Positions 10,360 to 20,591 of a stretch of 64,000 nt of DNA are shown in pieces. Source of the stretch: Vulcanimicrobiota bacterium. Lineage in GTDB: Bacteria > Vulcanimicrobiota > Xenobia > Xenobiales > JADMJV01. The notes beneath the pieces were generated by a model that saw only the letters and a list, made by a program, of their open reading frames with translations, had not been told where the DNA came from and did no database searches. Position 1 is the stretch's first letter. Each line of letters begins with the position of its first letter. The DNA lies in assembly GCA_050250895.1 (NCBI GenBank), contig JBFWNU010000005.1:288001-352000 (forward strand), written 5' to 3'. The translations under genes and the position numbers were made by a program.

Positions 10360-11492
10360 TGAGTCTTTTCGACGATCTGGCCGAGCTGCGCCTGGTCGAC
10401 CAGCATGCCCACAACCTGTTGCTCTGGGAAGAGTCGCTTCGACTGCCTTACAGCGCTGCCTTCACCGAGGGTTGCGACCCGACGCTCCAGGCCGGCCAGG
10501 CCCGCTCTACCCTGTTCTTTCAACGCAGCCTGGTCGAGATGGCCGAGCTGCTCGACTGTTCGCCCGACCAGGTCGAAGAACAGCGACGCCAGCTGGGCCT
10601 CGAAGTCCTGGCCGGCCGATGCTTTGAGGCGGCCGCCCTCGACTGGCTGCTGCTCGACGACGGTCTCACTCCCGGCCTGGTTCACCCCCTCGAATGGCAT
10701 GAGCAGTTCGTAGCGACCCGGCGGGTGGCACGGGTGGAGTGGATGGCCGAGCAGTTGCTGGCCGAGGCCACCGACTTTGCCGCCTTTCGCCATTCTTTGC
10801 GTCATCAGCTCGAGACGGTCGAGGCGGTGGGCTTCAAGAGCATCGCCGCCTATCGGGGAGGCCTGGCCCTGGTGGCCCCCAGCCGCGACGAGGCCGAAGC
10901 GCAGTTCTCGCTGGTGCGGGGCACCAGCCGTCTGGCCCACCGCCCTTTTCTCGACTATGTAGTCGAGCAAGCGCTCGAGGTAGCGGCCCAGCGCGGCCTG
11001 CCGGTCCAGTTTCATACCGGGTTCGGCGATCCCGATCTCGACCTGGCCCGCTCGGACCCAACCTGGTTACGTGACGCCATCGAGCGCCACCCCAACACGG
11101 TCTTTGTGCTGCTGCACGCTGGCTATCCTTATCATCGGCAGGCCGGCTTTCTGGCCTCGGTTTATCCCAACGTGGTGGTCGATTTCGGCCTGGCTGTACC
11201 CTTCCTCTCGGTGGCCGGCATGCGCGAGGTGCTGAGCGGGCTGCTGGAGTTGGCCCCGGTCACGCGGGTGGTCTATTCCTCCGACGCCAGTCGCATCCCC
11301 GACCTGTTCTATCTTGGCGCCCGCTGGGGACGGCGCATGCTGGCCGAGGTGCTCGAGCAGTCGGTCACCGATGGCGACCTGACTGCCGTCCAGGCCGAAT
11401 CGGCCGCTCGAGCCATCTTGCGCGACAACGCCCTGGCCCTTTACCGGCTAGAAGAGGGGAGCCGGCCTGCGGCCGGAGAGGGGAGCCCCTAG
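10359..11492 (+). CDS. amidohydrolase family protein (FluG N-terminal type)
   Basis: DQHAH, FKSIAAYR, QFHTGFGD, LLHAGYP, YSSDA; coupled to GS-like gene via TGATG. Confidence 0.92.
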   Translation: MSLFDDLAELRLVDQHAHNLLLWEESLRLPYSAAFTEGCDPTLQAGQARSTLFFQRSLVEMAELLDCSPDQVEEQRRQLGLEVLAGRCFEAAALDWLLLDDGLTPGLVHPLEWHEQFVATRRVARVEWMAEQLLAEATDFAAFRHSLRHQLETVEAVGFKSIAAYRGGLALVAPSRDEAEAQFSLVRGTSRLAHRPFLDYVVEQALEVAAQRGLPVQFHTGFGDPDLDLARSDPTWLRDAIERHPNTVFVLLHAGYPYHRQAGFLASVYPNVVVDFGLAVPFLSVAGMREVLSGLLELAPVTRVVYSSDASRIPDLFYLGARWGRRMLAEVLEQSVTDGDLTAVQAESAARAILRDNALALYRLEEGSRPAAGEGSP

Positions 11493-11606
11493 CTTCGCCG
11501 GGAGATGGGAGCGGTGGCTGCGCCACCGAGAAGGGAGCGAAGCTCGCTGGCGCTCGCTTCGAGGCGAGGTCGGGTCGAAACGGTCCTCGAGGCGAGGCGT
11601 CGAGGG

Positions 11607-12782
11607 TTAGCCGCGCAGGGCTTGTTCGGCTTTGCCGGGCTCGATGCGGCCGTGGCCCTGGGATTTGGCCCCCCAGCCCCAGATGCGCTCGGCCGTGTCG
11701 ACCAGGGCGCCTTTGAGTTCGTCGGGCGTGGCCTCGGGGTGGGCCTGAGCCAGCAGGGCAGCCACCCCGGCCACCATGGGAGAGGCCATCGAGGTGCCAC
11801 TCATGCGGGTGTAACCACCGCCGGCTTTGGGCGCGGTGATGCCCGCTCCGGGAGCGACCACGTCGGGCTTGGCATACTCGTCGATGGGGGTCGGGCCGCG
11901 GCTTGAGAACCAGGCGATGCCGTCGTCGAACTTCCAGGGAGTATTACTGTCGTTGAGGGCTCCCACCGTCAGGGCCAGCGGGGCGTTGCCGGGGGTACCG
12001 ATGGTGTGGCCGAAGGGGCCCGAATTACCGGCCGCCACCACCGGCAGGATGCCGCCTCTGGCGGCGGCCTGGATGGCGGCCACCAGCGGGTCGTCGTCGG
12101 CCGACTCCGAGACCGAGGCGCCCAGGGACAGGTTCATCACCTTGATGTTGTGCTCGTCTTTGTGCTCCAGGCACCACTGGATGCCCTTGATAATGCCCGA
12201 GATGGTGCCGTAGCCCTGGCCCGAAAGAACCTTGACACCGATCACGTTGGCCTCGGGGGCCACGCCTTGGTAGAAACCCATCGAGCTGACTCCGGTGCCG
12301 CCCACCGTGCCGGAAACGTGGGTGCCGTGGCCGTGGTCGTCGTAGGCCTCGCTACGGCCGTTGATCTCGTCGTGAAAGGCCACGATGCGGCCCTTGAGGT
12401 CGGCATGCTGATCGACGCCGGTATCCAGCACGGCCACTCCTACGCCCTGACCGGTAATGCCGGCCTGGTGCAATTCGCGCACGCCCAACAAGCGGGTGGC
12501 CACGTCAAGATCCAAGCGCGGCAAGCTGGGGTCGACGGGCTCGCCTTTGGCCAGTTCGCCGGTTTCGGGGATCGAGACCACCCGATCGGCCGAGACTTTC
12601 CAACCGCGTTGGGCAGCCCGCTCGAGAAAGGCCTGGTTCTGTTCGACCGGCACCTCGACGAGCTTGGCTCCGATGAGGCTGAGATCTTCGACCGCGGCAA
12701 CTCCCAGGCTCTGGCTATCGAGTTTGTCGACCCGACCGGGGGCAGGTGAAACAATGTAGGGGAGGGTGGCACCGACTTTCAT
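11607..12782 (-). CDS. S8 subtilisin-like serine protease (AprX-like)
   Basis: Catalytic triad motifs VLDTG, HGTHVSG, SGTSMASP. Confidence 0.95.
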   Translation of the reverse strand: MKVGATLPYIVSPAPGRVDKLDSQSLGVAAVEDLSLIGAKLVEVPVEQNQAFLERAAQRGWKVSADRVVSIPETGELAKGEPVDPSLPRLDLDVATRLLGVRELHQAGITGQGVGVAVLDTGVDQHADLKGRIVAFHDEINGRSEAYDDHGHGTHVSGTVGGTGVSSMGFYQGVAPEANVIGVKVLSGQGYGTISGIIKGIQWCLEHKDEHNIKVMNLSLGASVSESADDDPLVAAIQAAARGGILPVVAAGNSGPFGHTIGTPGNAPLALTVGALNDSNTPWKFDDGIAWFSSRGPTPIDEYAKPDVVAPGAGITAPKAGGGYTRMSGTSMASPMVAGVAALLAQAHPEATPDELKGALVDTAERIWGWGAKSQGHGRIEPGKAEQALRG

Positions 12783-12955
12783 GGTCCGAAGTTACGCCGG
12801 GCCGCGGCCGGGAAGGTTAGTAAAACGTGAACATGTGTCGGGCCGAGGGGTGTTAACATCGTGTCAATATCTGCAATAAAATGTTCAAGTCTGGCCGAGA
12901 CGAGGTGAGCCTCGATCGGCCATACTTTTCATTGGGGGAAAAAGATAAAAAACCA

Positions 12956-14488
12956 ATGTCATTCTCAAGCTCAACCAATACAAACGCCAGCATCGCACGT
13001 ACGACACCAGCACCGGTGGCCACCAGCCGGCCGGTCCAGACCACGGCGCCCAGGCCCGCGCCGACACCCTCACCCGCTCCCAGCCCGGCCCCGGTGGTCT
13101 CGAACCAGACCACTCTCTCGGGCGAGGCCCTGCGCTCGGAAGGGGGGCAGAGCCCGAATCTGATGAAGTCGGCTCTGTTTTCAACCTACTCCGAGCCGGT
13201 CAGCGACACCAGCAGCAGTACCAGCGGAACGGGATCGAGCAACACCAACACCAACGGTTCGCTCTCGGGTGAGACCGGCCAGTTGTCTGGCTCGAGCAGC
13301 TCGGGACAGAGTGGTCAACTGAGCGATTCGAGTCGTCTCTCATCCGGTCAGAGCAACCAGACCCTCTCTTCGCAAGACGAGCGTGCCGACTCCGGCAGCA
13401 CGACGCCGGTCGACCGCACCAATAGCAACAGTTCGGGCTCCGTCAGCCAGAATGGTTCCAGCAACTCGACTCAGTCGACCAGCCAGACTGCCACTCAAAA
13501 GACCGAGTTGACTACCGACCCCCTGGGACAGAAGGCTCCGGTCAGCGAGCAGGTCAAAGAGCAGGCTGCTAGCGCGGTGAAAAAGCCCGAGACCGAAACG
13601 GCCAGGAAGCCCCTCGTTCAAGAAGTGGCCAAAGAAGCAAGCCAGGACGAGGCACCAAGGACCGAGACCGGGCCAAAGATCGCTTCCGCCCCGCAGGCCG
13701 AACGCCGGCGCACCTTCGGAGGTCGTCAGAAAGAGCGGCCGGCCAGCCCTCCTCAGAATCGGCCCCGCCCTCCGGCCGAAGAACTGGTCGGCGCCACGCG
13801 GCTCCAGAACGAATTGCTGGCCTACTTCAGGCCGGGGCAGATTCACCAGTCCACGGCGATCTCTCGGGTCGACAAGAAGTCCGACGGGTCGCAAGTCATG
13901 GTCCGGGCCGACGGGGTCAAGATCCACCAGGACAAGGACGGCAGCATTCTGTCGGTGCGCTCGTCCAAAGGCAAGAGCATCCAACGCGGCGAGGACGATC
14001 CCACCCGAGCCACCATCCATCAAGAACGAGGAGAACTCTACCAGCGCGAATCCACCGGGGCCTGGGTCGACAGTGAGGGCAACCGCTTGTTCGGTCAACT
14101 CAAAGACGACGAAGGGGTGATTCGCCTCTCCGGCCACTGCGGCAAGGATACCATCGAAGGGCAGCGCAAGGACGGCGTGAGATTTCGCCGCGACAGCTAT
14201 GGCACCGATACCTGGGGCTACGCCGGCGGCGTGCAGGTCCAGCGGGCTACGGGCGGAGACATGTTCACCTATCACGCCGATGGCTCGACCACCCGCACCA
14301 CCTCGGACGGGCGAGGCTATCACCGCAATAACACCGAGGGTCGGGTCAAAGTGCTCGACGCCAACCAGCGCGGCTATGACCAGGACGGAACGCACTTTTA
14401 CACTGTACGCAACGGCGAGGGAATGCTACTCGAACCCAACGGCGAGTCGTATGAACGTCAGTCGGTGCGACCCGACGAGGCCATATAG
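12956..14488 (+). CDS. hypothetical protein, Ser/Thr-rich disordered N-terminus and beta-hairpin-rich C-terminus
   Basis: Long ORF with typical codon usage; start uncertain (12881 or 12956). Confidence 0.65.
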   Translation: MSFSSSTNTNASIARTTPAPVATSRPVQTTAPRPAPTPSPAPSPAPVVSNQTTLSGEALRSEGGQSPNLMKSALFSTYSEPVSDTSSSTSGTGSSNTNTNGSLSGETGQLSGSSSSGQSGQLSDSSRLSSGQSNQTLSSQDERADSGSTTPVDRTNSNSSGSVSQNGSSNSTQSTSQTATQKTELTTDPLGQKAPVSEQVKEQAASAVKKPETETARKPLVQEVAKEASQDEAPRTETGPKIASAPQAERRRTFGGRQKERPASPPQNRPRPPAEELVGATRLQNELLAYFRPGQIHQSTAISRVDKKSDGSQVMVRADGVKIHQDKDGSILSVRSSKGKSIQRGEDDPTRATIHQERGELYQRESTGAWVDSEGNRLFGQLKDDEGVIRLSGHCGKDTIEGQRKDGVRFRRDSYGTDTWGYAGGVQVQRATGGDMFTYHADGSTTRTTSDGRGYHRNNTEGRVKVLDANQRGYDQDGTHFYTVRNGEGMLLEPNGESYERQSVRPDEAI

Positions 14489-15315
14489 GCCAGGTAGGCC
14501 AACAACTGGTCGAGTTCAGCCTCGGGTAGGATTTTCTCGTCGAAGCCCGACATTTTGGACTGGGGCCAGCGACGGAGCGACTGCGGGTCGCGGATCAGCT
14601 TGCGCAGCATCTCCGGCTGGAAATACTCGGTAGGGTTGTAGGGGTCGTTGAGATCCGGCCCCATCTTGGCCGTGCCCTGGCCGTTGAGAGTGTGGCAGGG
14701 AAAGCAGTTCTTGACGAAGGAGCGATAGCCCATCCATTCGGGTGAATCCTGGGGTAGGTCCTGGTTGGGCAGCAACCCGGGAAACTGCTTGTCGACCGAC
14801 TCGCGGACAGTAAAGGCTTTCAGCTTGAAGGGCCACTCTTCGCGCCCGATGCCGGACCGTTCAGGATGCAGCCACACCAGATAGTATGGTCCCGCGCCGT
14901 AGCGCCCGTGGCCGAAGTTGGGCCAAGGCTTATCGGGGGGTTCGATGGCCAGATAGGCCAGCGCCTTGGAGGGATCGCTGTTGAGCACGGCCTCGGCCTT
15001 GAGACTCGATGAAAAGCCGTCGAGGGTGTCGTAGGCCAGAGTCTGGTCGGGCGCGATATCAAAGCCGTCTAAAAGCTTGTGCATGGGAATGGCCAGATGC
15101 ACCATGGTCTGCTCGGGATAGCCAGCCACATCCTCGACGGTGATGGTCTCGACGTCTGGTCGGACCAGCAACTGCGAACGTGTGAAGGTTGTGGTCTGCT
15201 GGTCGACCTGAAGAGTCAGGGTGGGATCCTCGGCCGAACTCGGTGACGGTCCCGGTTGGGGCGACGAACATCCGGCCATCAGGACCAGCAGCAGGAGCAG
15301 ATTCAAGCATCTCAC
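14458..15315 (-). CDS. cytochrome c lipoprotein
   Basis: Lipobox MAGC; CFPCH heme motif; GPDLN and distal Met (SKM); GTG start 6 nt after TATTCT. Confidence 0.88.
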   Translation of the reverse strand: MRCLNLLLLLVLMAGCSSPQPGPSPSSAEDPTLTLQVDQQTTTFTRSQLLVRPDVETITVEDVAGYPEQTMVHLAIPMHKLLDGFDIAPDQTLAYDTLDGFSSSLKAEAVLNSDPSKALAYLAIEPPDKPWPNFGHGRYGAGPYYLVWLHPERSGIGREEWPFKLKAFTVRESVDKQFPGLLPNQDLPQDSPEWMGYRSFVKNCFPCHTLNGQGTAKMGPDLNDPYNPTEYFQPEMLRKLIRDPQSLRRWPQSKMSGFDEKILPEAELDQLLAYLAYMASSGRTD

Positions 15316-15392
15316 CTGTGCAGAATACCCCACAATGAGGTTGCAGGCAATTCAAAGGAACAGGATAGTCCGGTCAGGAAGCTTCGCCTTCG

Positions 15393-17768
15393 ATGAACGA
15401 AACAGCCACCATCCTGGTTCTCGAAGATGATGACGAGATGCGGGATATGCTCTCGGAAGTGTTGCGCGACCATGGTTACACGGTGGTGGCCGTGGCCCGC
15501 GGCGACGAGGCGGTGGTTCAGGTCAGCCAACAGCCGTTCGACCTGATCGTGGCCGACATCCGGATGGACGGCATGGACGGCCTCGAGGTGCTCGAGCGCA
15601 CCCGCCAGCAGCAGCCCTCGATCGGCACCCTGGTGGTGTCGGGCTACGCCACCGAGGCCGAGACGGCGCGAGCCAATCGCATCAGTGTGGGCGGCTATCT
15701 CAAGAAGCCCTTTCGCATGGGCCAATTCTTGGAGTTGGTCCGCGAGCAGCTGCGGGGCAAGCACGATGTCGAACGCTCGCGCCAACAAAACACCAGCCGG
15801 CGGGTGGTCTTGCTGTGGGCCCTCGAGGGGATGGCCAAGATGGCCGACGATGCCGGCCTGGTCTCGCCCAGCGGAACCATCGCCCGCATGGGCAGCCTGG
15901 CGGCCGCCCTGGGGCGGACCGTTCAGCTGTCTGAGCCGGTCTGCCAGGAGATTCGCGTGGGCACCATGATCGCCGCCCTCGAAACCGTGCCGCAGGCCCG
16001 CCCACCCAGGATCCTGTTAGATGACGCCGAGCTTCTGCCCGCCTTCTCGTCGTGTTTTCGGGCCAACACTCTGGAGTGGAAGATCGCGCGCCTGTGCCGA
16101 TTGGCGGCGGCCGAAGATTCGATGCCGGCAGCCGAGGAGCTTTCTCGTCGTCACGCTGGCGAACTCGACGCCGAAGTGCTCGAACTGTATGAGCGGGCCA
16201 GGCTGACCTTCCTCGAGCCGCGTTCGGGAGCCGCGCCGGAGGTGGTGACCGGGCTCTGGAATCCGGGGCGTAAGTCGAGAAGCCTGTTGGCCCTGGGCAA
16301 GGCCCTCGAGCGGGCCGGCGATCTCAAGAGCGCCTTTCGCGCCTATGGCCAGGTGTTGTCGTCGGCCCCCACCGGTCGCCAGGCCGTGCAGGCCCTGCTG
16401 CATCAGGCCTCGGTGAGTCTGGCCAGCGGCGAAATCAATCGGGCCGCCGAGCTGGCCGGGGCCGCCCCACGCCGGGCCACTGGCCTTGGGCCCTTGCCGC
16501 GAGCCGAGGCCTTGCTCGAAGCGGGCTTGTTGTTGCTCAAACTCAAAGACGTCCGGGCCGCCGACATGCTGGCTGAAGCGGCCCTCCAGCTCAAAGAATT
16601 GGGTCTGGAAGCAGCTCACGCCAAGGCTGTCGCCGGATTGGCCGCGGCCGGCCGAGCCGAAGCCGATCTCGGCTCCGCCGTCGAGACCCTGCTGCGGGCC
16701 AGCCATGCCGCCGACTTTTTGTCGGCCTGCGATTGGCTCTTACCGCTGGTGGTCGAGCAGGCCGGCGCTCGCAATCAGAAGGCCTGGTTGTTGCGCTTGC
16801 TGGGCGCCTTCCCGGGCGAACTGGCCGAAGGGCTGCGCCAGGGTCGCATCGGTCGCGAAGGACGCGAGGCTCTGCTGGGCGTGCTAGAAGACGAAGGCCC
16901 TCGGCTGGGCGAAGAGTTGCGCGAGGTGCTGGTGCGCGACGCCGACCCGGCCCTGCGCGGGCGAGCCACCGCTCTCGAAGCCCAGGAACAGAACGCGGCT
17001 CCGCCCAGTTTCTTGCGAGTGGTCACCTTTGGCTACTTCGAGGTCTATCGAGGCTCTGACCTCATTGACGACAAGCAGTGGAAGACGCAAAAGACCAAGT
17101 ATCTCTTCGCTTTTCTGGCCTCTCGCTGGGGGACGTCGTTTTCTGAGGATAAGATCCTCGACGAGTTTTGGCCCGACGACCGCGAGAAGGGCAAAAAGAA
17201 TCTCTACTGGTCGACCTCGGTGGCCCGCCGTTGCCTGCGCGGCCCCGACGGCAAGACGGCGGAAGTTCTGCTGCGCGAACGCGGACAATTGACGCTCAAT
17301 CCCGAGGTGGCCCACTGGCAAGACCTGGAAGAGTTCACCCGGGCCTTTGAAGACGGTCAGCGAGCCCTGGGCGACGGCAAGCCTCGCGAGGCGCTGGCAT
17401 TTTGGCGCCGACTGGGAACCCTCTATCAGGGCCCCTATCTCGAAGGTTGTTATCTAGACTGGGCGGTGCGGCTGCGCTCGGTGACCGAGCGGCAGGCGGC
17501 CGAGGGTCTGTGCGGCCTGGCCCGATTGTTGCTTGACGTGGAAGAGTATCAGGAGGCCCTCGAAGCGGCTCGCCAGGCGGTGGAGATCCATCCTCACCGG
17601 CAGGAGGCCCATCTGCTGATGATGCGGGCCTTGCTGGGCCTGGGCCGGCCCGAGGCGGCCATCGAGCAGTTCCGCGAGTGTGAATCTTTCCTACGGCGTG
17701 AATACGACATGGAGCCGATTACCGAGTTGTTGGAATACTACCACCGAGCCCGCCTGGGGCTGACGTGA
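15393..17768 (+). CDS. response regulator with TPR-like region and C-terminal BTAD (SARP-like) domain
   Basis: N-terminal REC (ADIRMDGMDG, KPF); C-terminal TFGYFEV..WKTQKTKYLFAFLA..YQGPYLEG..EAHLLMMR. Confidence 0.88.
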   Translation: MNETATILVLEDDDEMRDMLSEVLRDHGYTVVAVARGDEAVVQVSQQPFDLIVADIRMDGMDGLEVLERTRQQQPSIGTLVVSGYATEAETARANRISVGGYLKKPFRMGQFLELVREQLRGKHDVERSRQQNTSRRVVLLWALEGMAKMADDAGLVSPSGTIARMGSLAAALGRTVQLSEPVCQEIRVGTMIAALETVPQARPPRILLDDAELLPAFSSCFRANTLEWKIARLCRLAAAEDSMPAAEELSRRHAGELDAEVLELYERARLTFLEPRSGAAPEVVTGLWNPGRKSRSLLALGKALERAGDLKSAFRAYGQVLSSAPTGRQAVQALLHQASVSLASGEINRAAELAGAAPRRATGLGPLPRAEALLEAGLLLLKLKDVRAADMLAEAALQLKELGLEAAHAKAVAGLAAAGRAEADLGSAVETLLRASHAADFLSACDWLLPLVVEQAGARNQKAWLLRLLGAFPGELAEGLRQGRIGREGREALLGVLEDEGPRLGEELREVLVRDADPALRGRATALEAQEQNAAPPSFLRVVTFGYFEVYRGSDLIDDKQWKTQKTKYLFAFLASRWGTSFSEDKILDEFWPDDREKGKKNLYWSTSVARRCLRGPDGKTAEVLLRERGQLTLNPEVAHWQDLEEFTRAFEDGQRALGDGKPREALAFWRRLGTLYQGPYLEGCYLDWAVRLRSVTERQAAEGLCGLARLLLDVEEYQEALEAARQAVEIHPHRQEAHLLMMRALLGLGRPEAAIEQFRECESFLRREYDMEPITELLEYYHRARLGLT

Positions 17769-18700
17769 GTCTGGCCGGTCGCCTGAGCGCGCTGGTCCCT
17801 TCTGGCCTGGGTCTGGGCACCTGCGCAGCGGCCGGCCCGGTGGTGGCCGACTATCTGGGGGCCACCGCCTGGAGCATCGAGTATCGAGGGCAACGGTGGG
17901 GTGGCCCGCTCGAAGGCGAGCATCAACTCTCGGTGTCCCTGACGCTGGACGGCCTCGAGGTCGGTGGTTGGACCATCTCGGGGCCGACGGCCTTTGGCCC
18001 CGAACAAGAGCAGGAACTGTTGCTTCTCAGCCGGCTGTTGGTGGCTGAACTGACGGCTCTCGAGGCCGTCATCGGGCGAGCGGCCGGCACCCTGGCCCAC
18101 AAGCTCAACAACCCGCTGGGAGCCTTGCAGCTCAGTATCGATGCCGCCAGCTTTGCGCTCGACACCCGTCCTGACCAGGCCGAGGCCAAGCTCGAACGCA
18201 GCCAAATCGCCCTGCAGAAGGCTCGCTGGATGGTCGACGGTCTGCTCTATTACGCCCGCGAGACGCAGGCCCTGGGCCAGGCGCCCGTCGACCTCAACGA
18301 ATGCATCCGGGAAGCTTTGGGCGAGTTCGGGGCCTTCCCCGAACTCAAGGTCGAACTGGCTCGAGAACTACTCCTCACCCCGGCCAACCCCATGGAGCTG
18401 AAGCTGGCGGTGATCCATTTGCTGCAGAACGCCCAGCAAGCCGTAGCCGAGAAGCCCGGGCCAGTCCAGCTACGCAGCCAGCGAGTTGCCGACCAGGTCC
18501 AGCTGGTGATTTCGGACTGGGGTCCGGGCGTGACCCGGCCCGAGCGCATCTTCGAGCCGTTCTTCACCACCCGCAAAAAAGGCGTCGGACTGGGCCTGGC
18601 CCTGGTGAGTACCATCGCCGGGCGTCTGGGCGGCCGGTTGCAACTCACCAGCCACGCCGACCCGACGACCTTCTGTCTCGAGCTACCCGCCAGCCCCTAG
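17765..18700 (+). CDS. sensor histidine kinase
   Basis: LAHKLNNPL H-box, NAQQA, DWGPG, FEPFFTT, GLGLA. Confidence 0.9.
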   Translation: MSLAGRLSALVPSGLGLGTCAAAGPVVADYLGATAWSIEYRGQRWGGPLEGEHQLSVSLTLDGLEVGGWTISGPTAFGPEQEQELLLLSRLLVAELTALEAVIGRAAGTLAHKLNNPLGALQLSIDAASFALDTRPDQAEAKLERSQIALQKARWMVDGLLYYARETQALGQAPVDLNECIREALGEFGAFPELKVELARELLLTPANPMELKLAVIHLLQNAQQAVAEKPGPVQLRSQRVADQVQLVISDWGPGVTRPERIFEPFFTTRKKGVGLGLALVSTIAGRLGGRLQLTSHADPTTFCLELPASP

Positions 18701-18704
18701 GCCC

Positions 18705-20558
18705 TTAGTCGACGAGGGAGTATTCGATCCGTCCCTGGGCGGGGTCGCAAGCTACCACTTCGACCCGCACCGGCTGGCCCAGGGTGAACTCTTCATCGGG
18801 GCCCTCCAGACTGACCTCGCGAGGGGTCCAGGGGCCGCCAGGCAGGGCTTCGATGGGAATGACCCCTTCCACCAGCGAGGCGTCCAATTGGGCCACCAGG
18901 CCAAAGGGCAAGACGCGGGTGATATGAGCGTCGAATTGCTGGCCGAGCTGATCGGCCATAAAGCCCGCCAGCAGCATTCGGCGGCGGGCCGCCTCGGCCT
19001 TAGAAGCTTGATGGCTGAGCCGGTTGAGCTGTTGGGCCAGGGCTTCGACCCGGGGGTCGAGTGGGTCCCAATCTCGGTGGCCGCGCAAATAGCTCTTGAT
19101 GGCTCGATGCACGGCCAGGTCGGCGTAACGCCGCAGCGGCGAGGTGAAATGCAGGTAGAGGGGAGCGGCCAACCCCAGATGCAGTCCCGGCTTGACCGTG
19201 TAGTTGGCCGCGCCCAGCACGCGTCGCATCACCGAACGGATGGCCGGCTCGGCCGGCGCGCCCAGGATTTGATCGTCGAAGGCGGCCAGGCTGCCCGGGG
19301 TGAGCCGGCGACCGAAGCCTGGCTCGAAGCCGAACTGGTGGGCGCAATCCGAGAGGGCCGCGACTCGCTCGGCATCGGGCTCGGGATGAACGCGAAAAAC
19401 GCCGGGTACACCTCGATCGACCAGCCAGTGGGCCACGGCCTCGTTGGCCGCCACCATCATCCGCTCCACCAGTTGGTGGGCCGAGGTGCTGTGGGTGGGG
19501 GTGGTGCCGGTCACCGTGCCCTCTTCATCGAGGGTGAGGGCAGCCTCGTTGTTGTTGATGAATACCCCGCCTCGGCGGCGCCGAGCCAGGTTGAGGCGAG
19601 CCCAGGCGGTGCGCAGCCAGGGCAGCATCGAGCGGACTTGCTTGAGGTTGGGGGTCAGTTCTTCATAGTCGAGCCAATCGGCCAACTCTTCATAGGTCAA
19701 CCGCGCCTGCGAGCGGATCACGCTCTCATAGAGGTCGACCGCCAGCAGATGCCCCTCGGGGTCGAGGCGCAGTTCGGCGGTCAGGCACAGTCGATCGACG
19801 GCGGGGTGAAGGCTGAGGGTGTCCGATGAGAGTTCGTGCGGCAGCATGGGCAGCACCCGTCCGGCCAGATAGGTCGAGGTGCCCCGCGCTCGGGCTTCAC
19901 GGTCGAGCGGCGAGTCGGGGGCGATGAATTCGCTGGGGTCGGCGATCGACACCAGCAGGCGCAGGCAGCCTTCGGAGTCGGCGGGCAAGACGGAAATCGC
20001 GTCGTCGATGTCTCGGGTCGAGGCCGCGTCGATGGTCACCGTGGGCACTTCGCGCAGGTCCCGGCGCTTTTCCAGATGCAAGCTGGCTCGCCGAATCGAG
20101 TCGGCCTGTTCGCTGGCCTCGGCGCTGAAGTCGGTGAGCAGGTCAAAGCGAGCGATGAGACGCTCCAGGGGCAGGTCGCAATCGGGCTCGACCTCACGAA
20201 CCGCCACCGCGCGCTCGCCCTCGATACGGCAGACTACCTGGCTGCCCACCTCGGCCTCGGCTTCGAGCGGCCAGTCGGTGTTGGAGACCTCGCGGTCGAT
20301 GGCCAGAAAGAGTCGCCCGCGACGGCGGACGACCTCACCGAACAGGGTCTTGCGCACACGTTCGACCAGGCGCAGCCGCGAGGCCGAAGTGCGGCCCTGC
20401 TCGTCGGTGGAAAGGCGGGCCTCGACCCGGTCGTCGACCAGCAGGCCGTTGAGGGCCGGCGGAGCCACGAAGGCCGAATGCAAGTGACCGTCGACCTCAT
20501 AGTTGAGAAAGCCGAAACCGCGAGGATGCAGGCTGATGCGTCCGATGACAGTTTCCAT
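18705..20558 (-). CDS. ribonuclease R / RNB family exoribonuclease
   Basis: HPRGFGF cold-shock domain, TIDAASTRDIDDAIS, HFTSPLRRYADL, C-terminal S1. Confidence 0.92.
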   Translation of the reverse strand: METVIGRISLHPRGFGFLNYEVDGHLHSAFVAPPALNGLLVDDRVEARLSTDEQGRTSASRLRLVERVRKTLFGEVVRRRGRLFLAIDREVSNTDWPLEAEAEVGSQVVCRIEGERAVAVREVEPDCDLPLERLIARFDLLTDFSAEASEQADSIRRASLHLEKRRDLREVPTVTIDAASTRDIDDAISVLPADSEGCLRLLVSIADPSEFIAPDSPLDREARARGTSTYLAGRVLPMLPHELSSDTLSLHPAVDRLCLTAELRLDPEGHLLAVDLYESVIRSQARLTYEELADWLDYEELTPNLKQVRSMLPWLRTAWARLNLARRRRGGVFINNNEAALTLDEEGTVTGTTPTHSTSAHQLVERMMVAANEAVAHWLVDRGVPGVFRVHPEPDAERVAALSDCAHQFGFEPGFGRRLTPGSLAAFDDQILGAPAEPAIRSVMRRVLGAANYTVKPGLHLGLAAPLYLHFTSPLRRYADLAVHRAIKSYLRGHRDWDPLDPRVEALAQQLNRLSHQASKAEAARRRMLLAGFMADQLGQQFDAHITRVLPFGLVAQLDASLVEGVIPIEALPGGPWTPREVSLEGPDEEFTLGQPVRVEVVACDPAQGRIEYSLVD

Positions 20559-20591
20559 CGGGGCGGGTTCGAGCCCGCTGCGGGCACCCCT

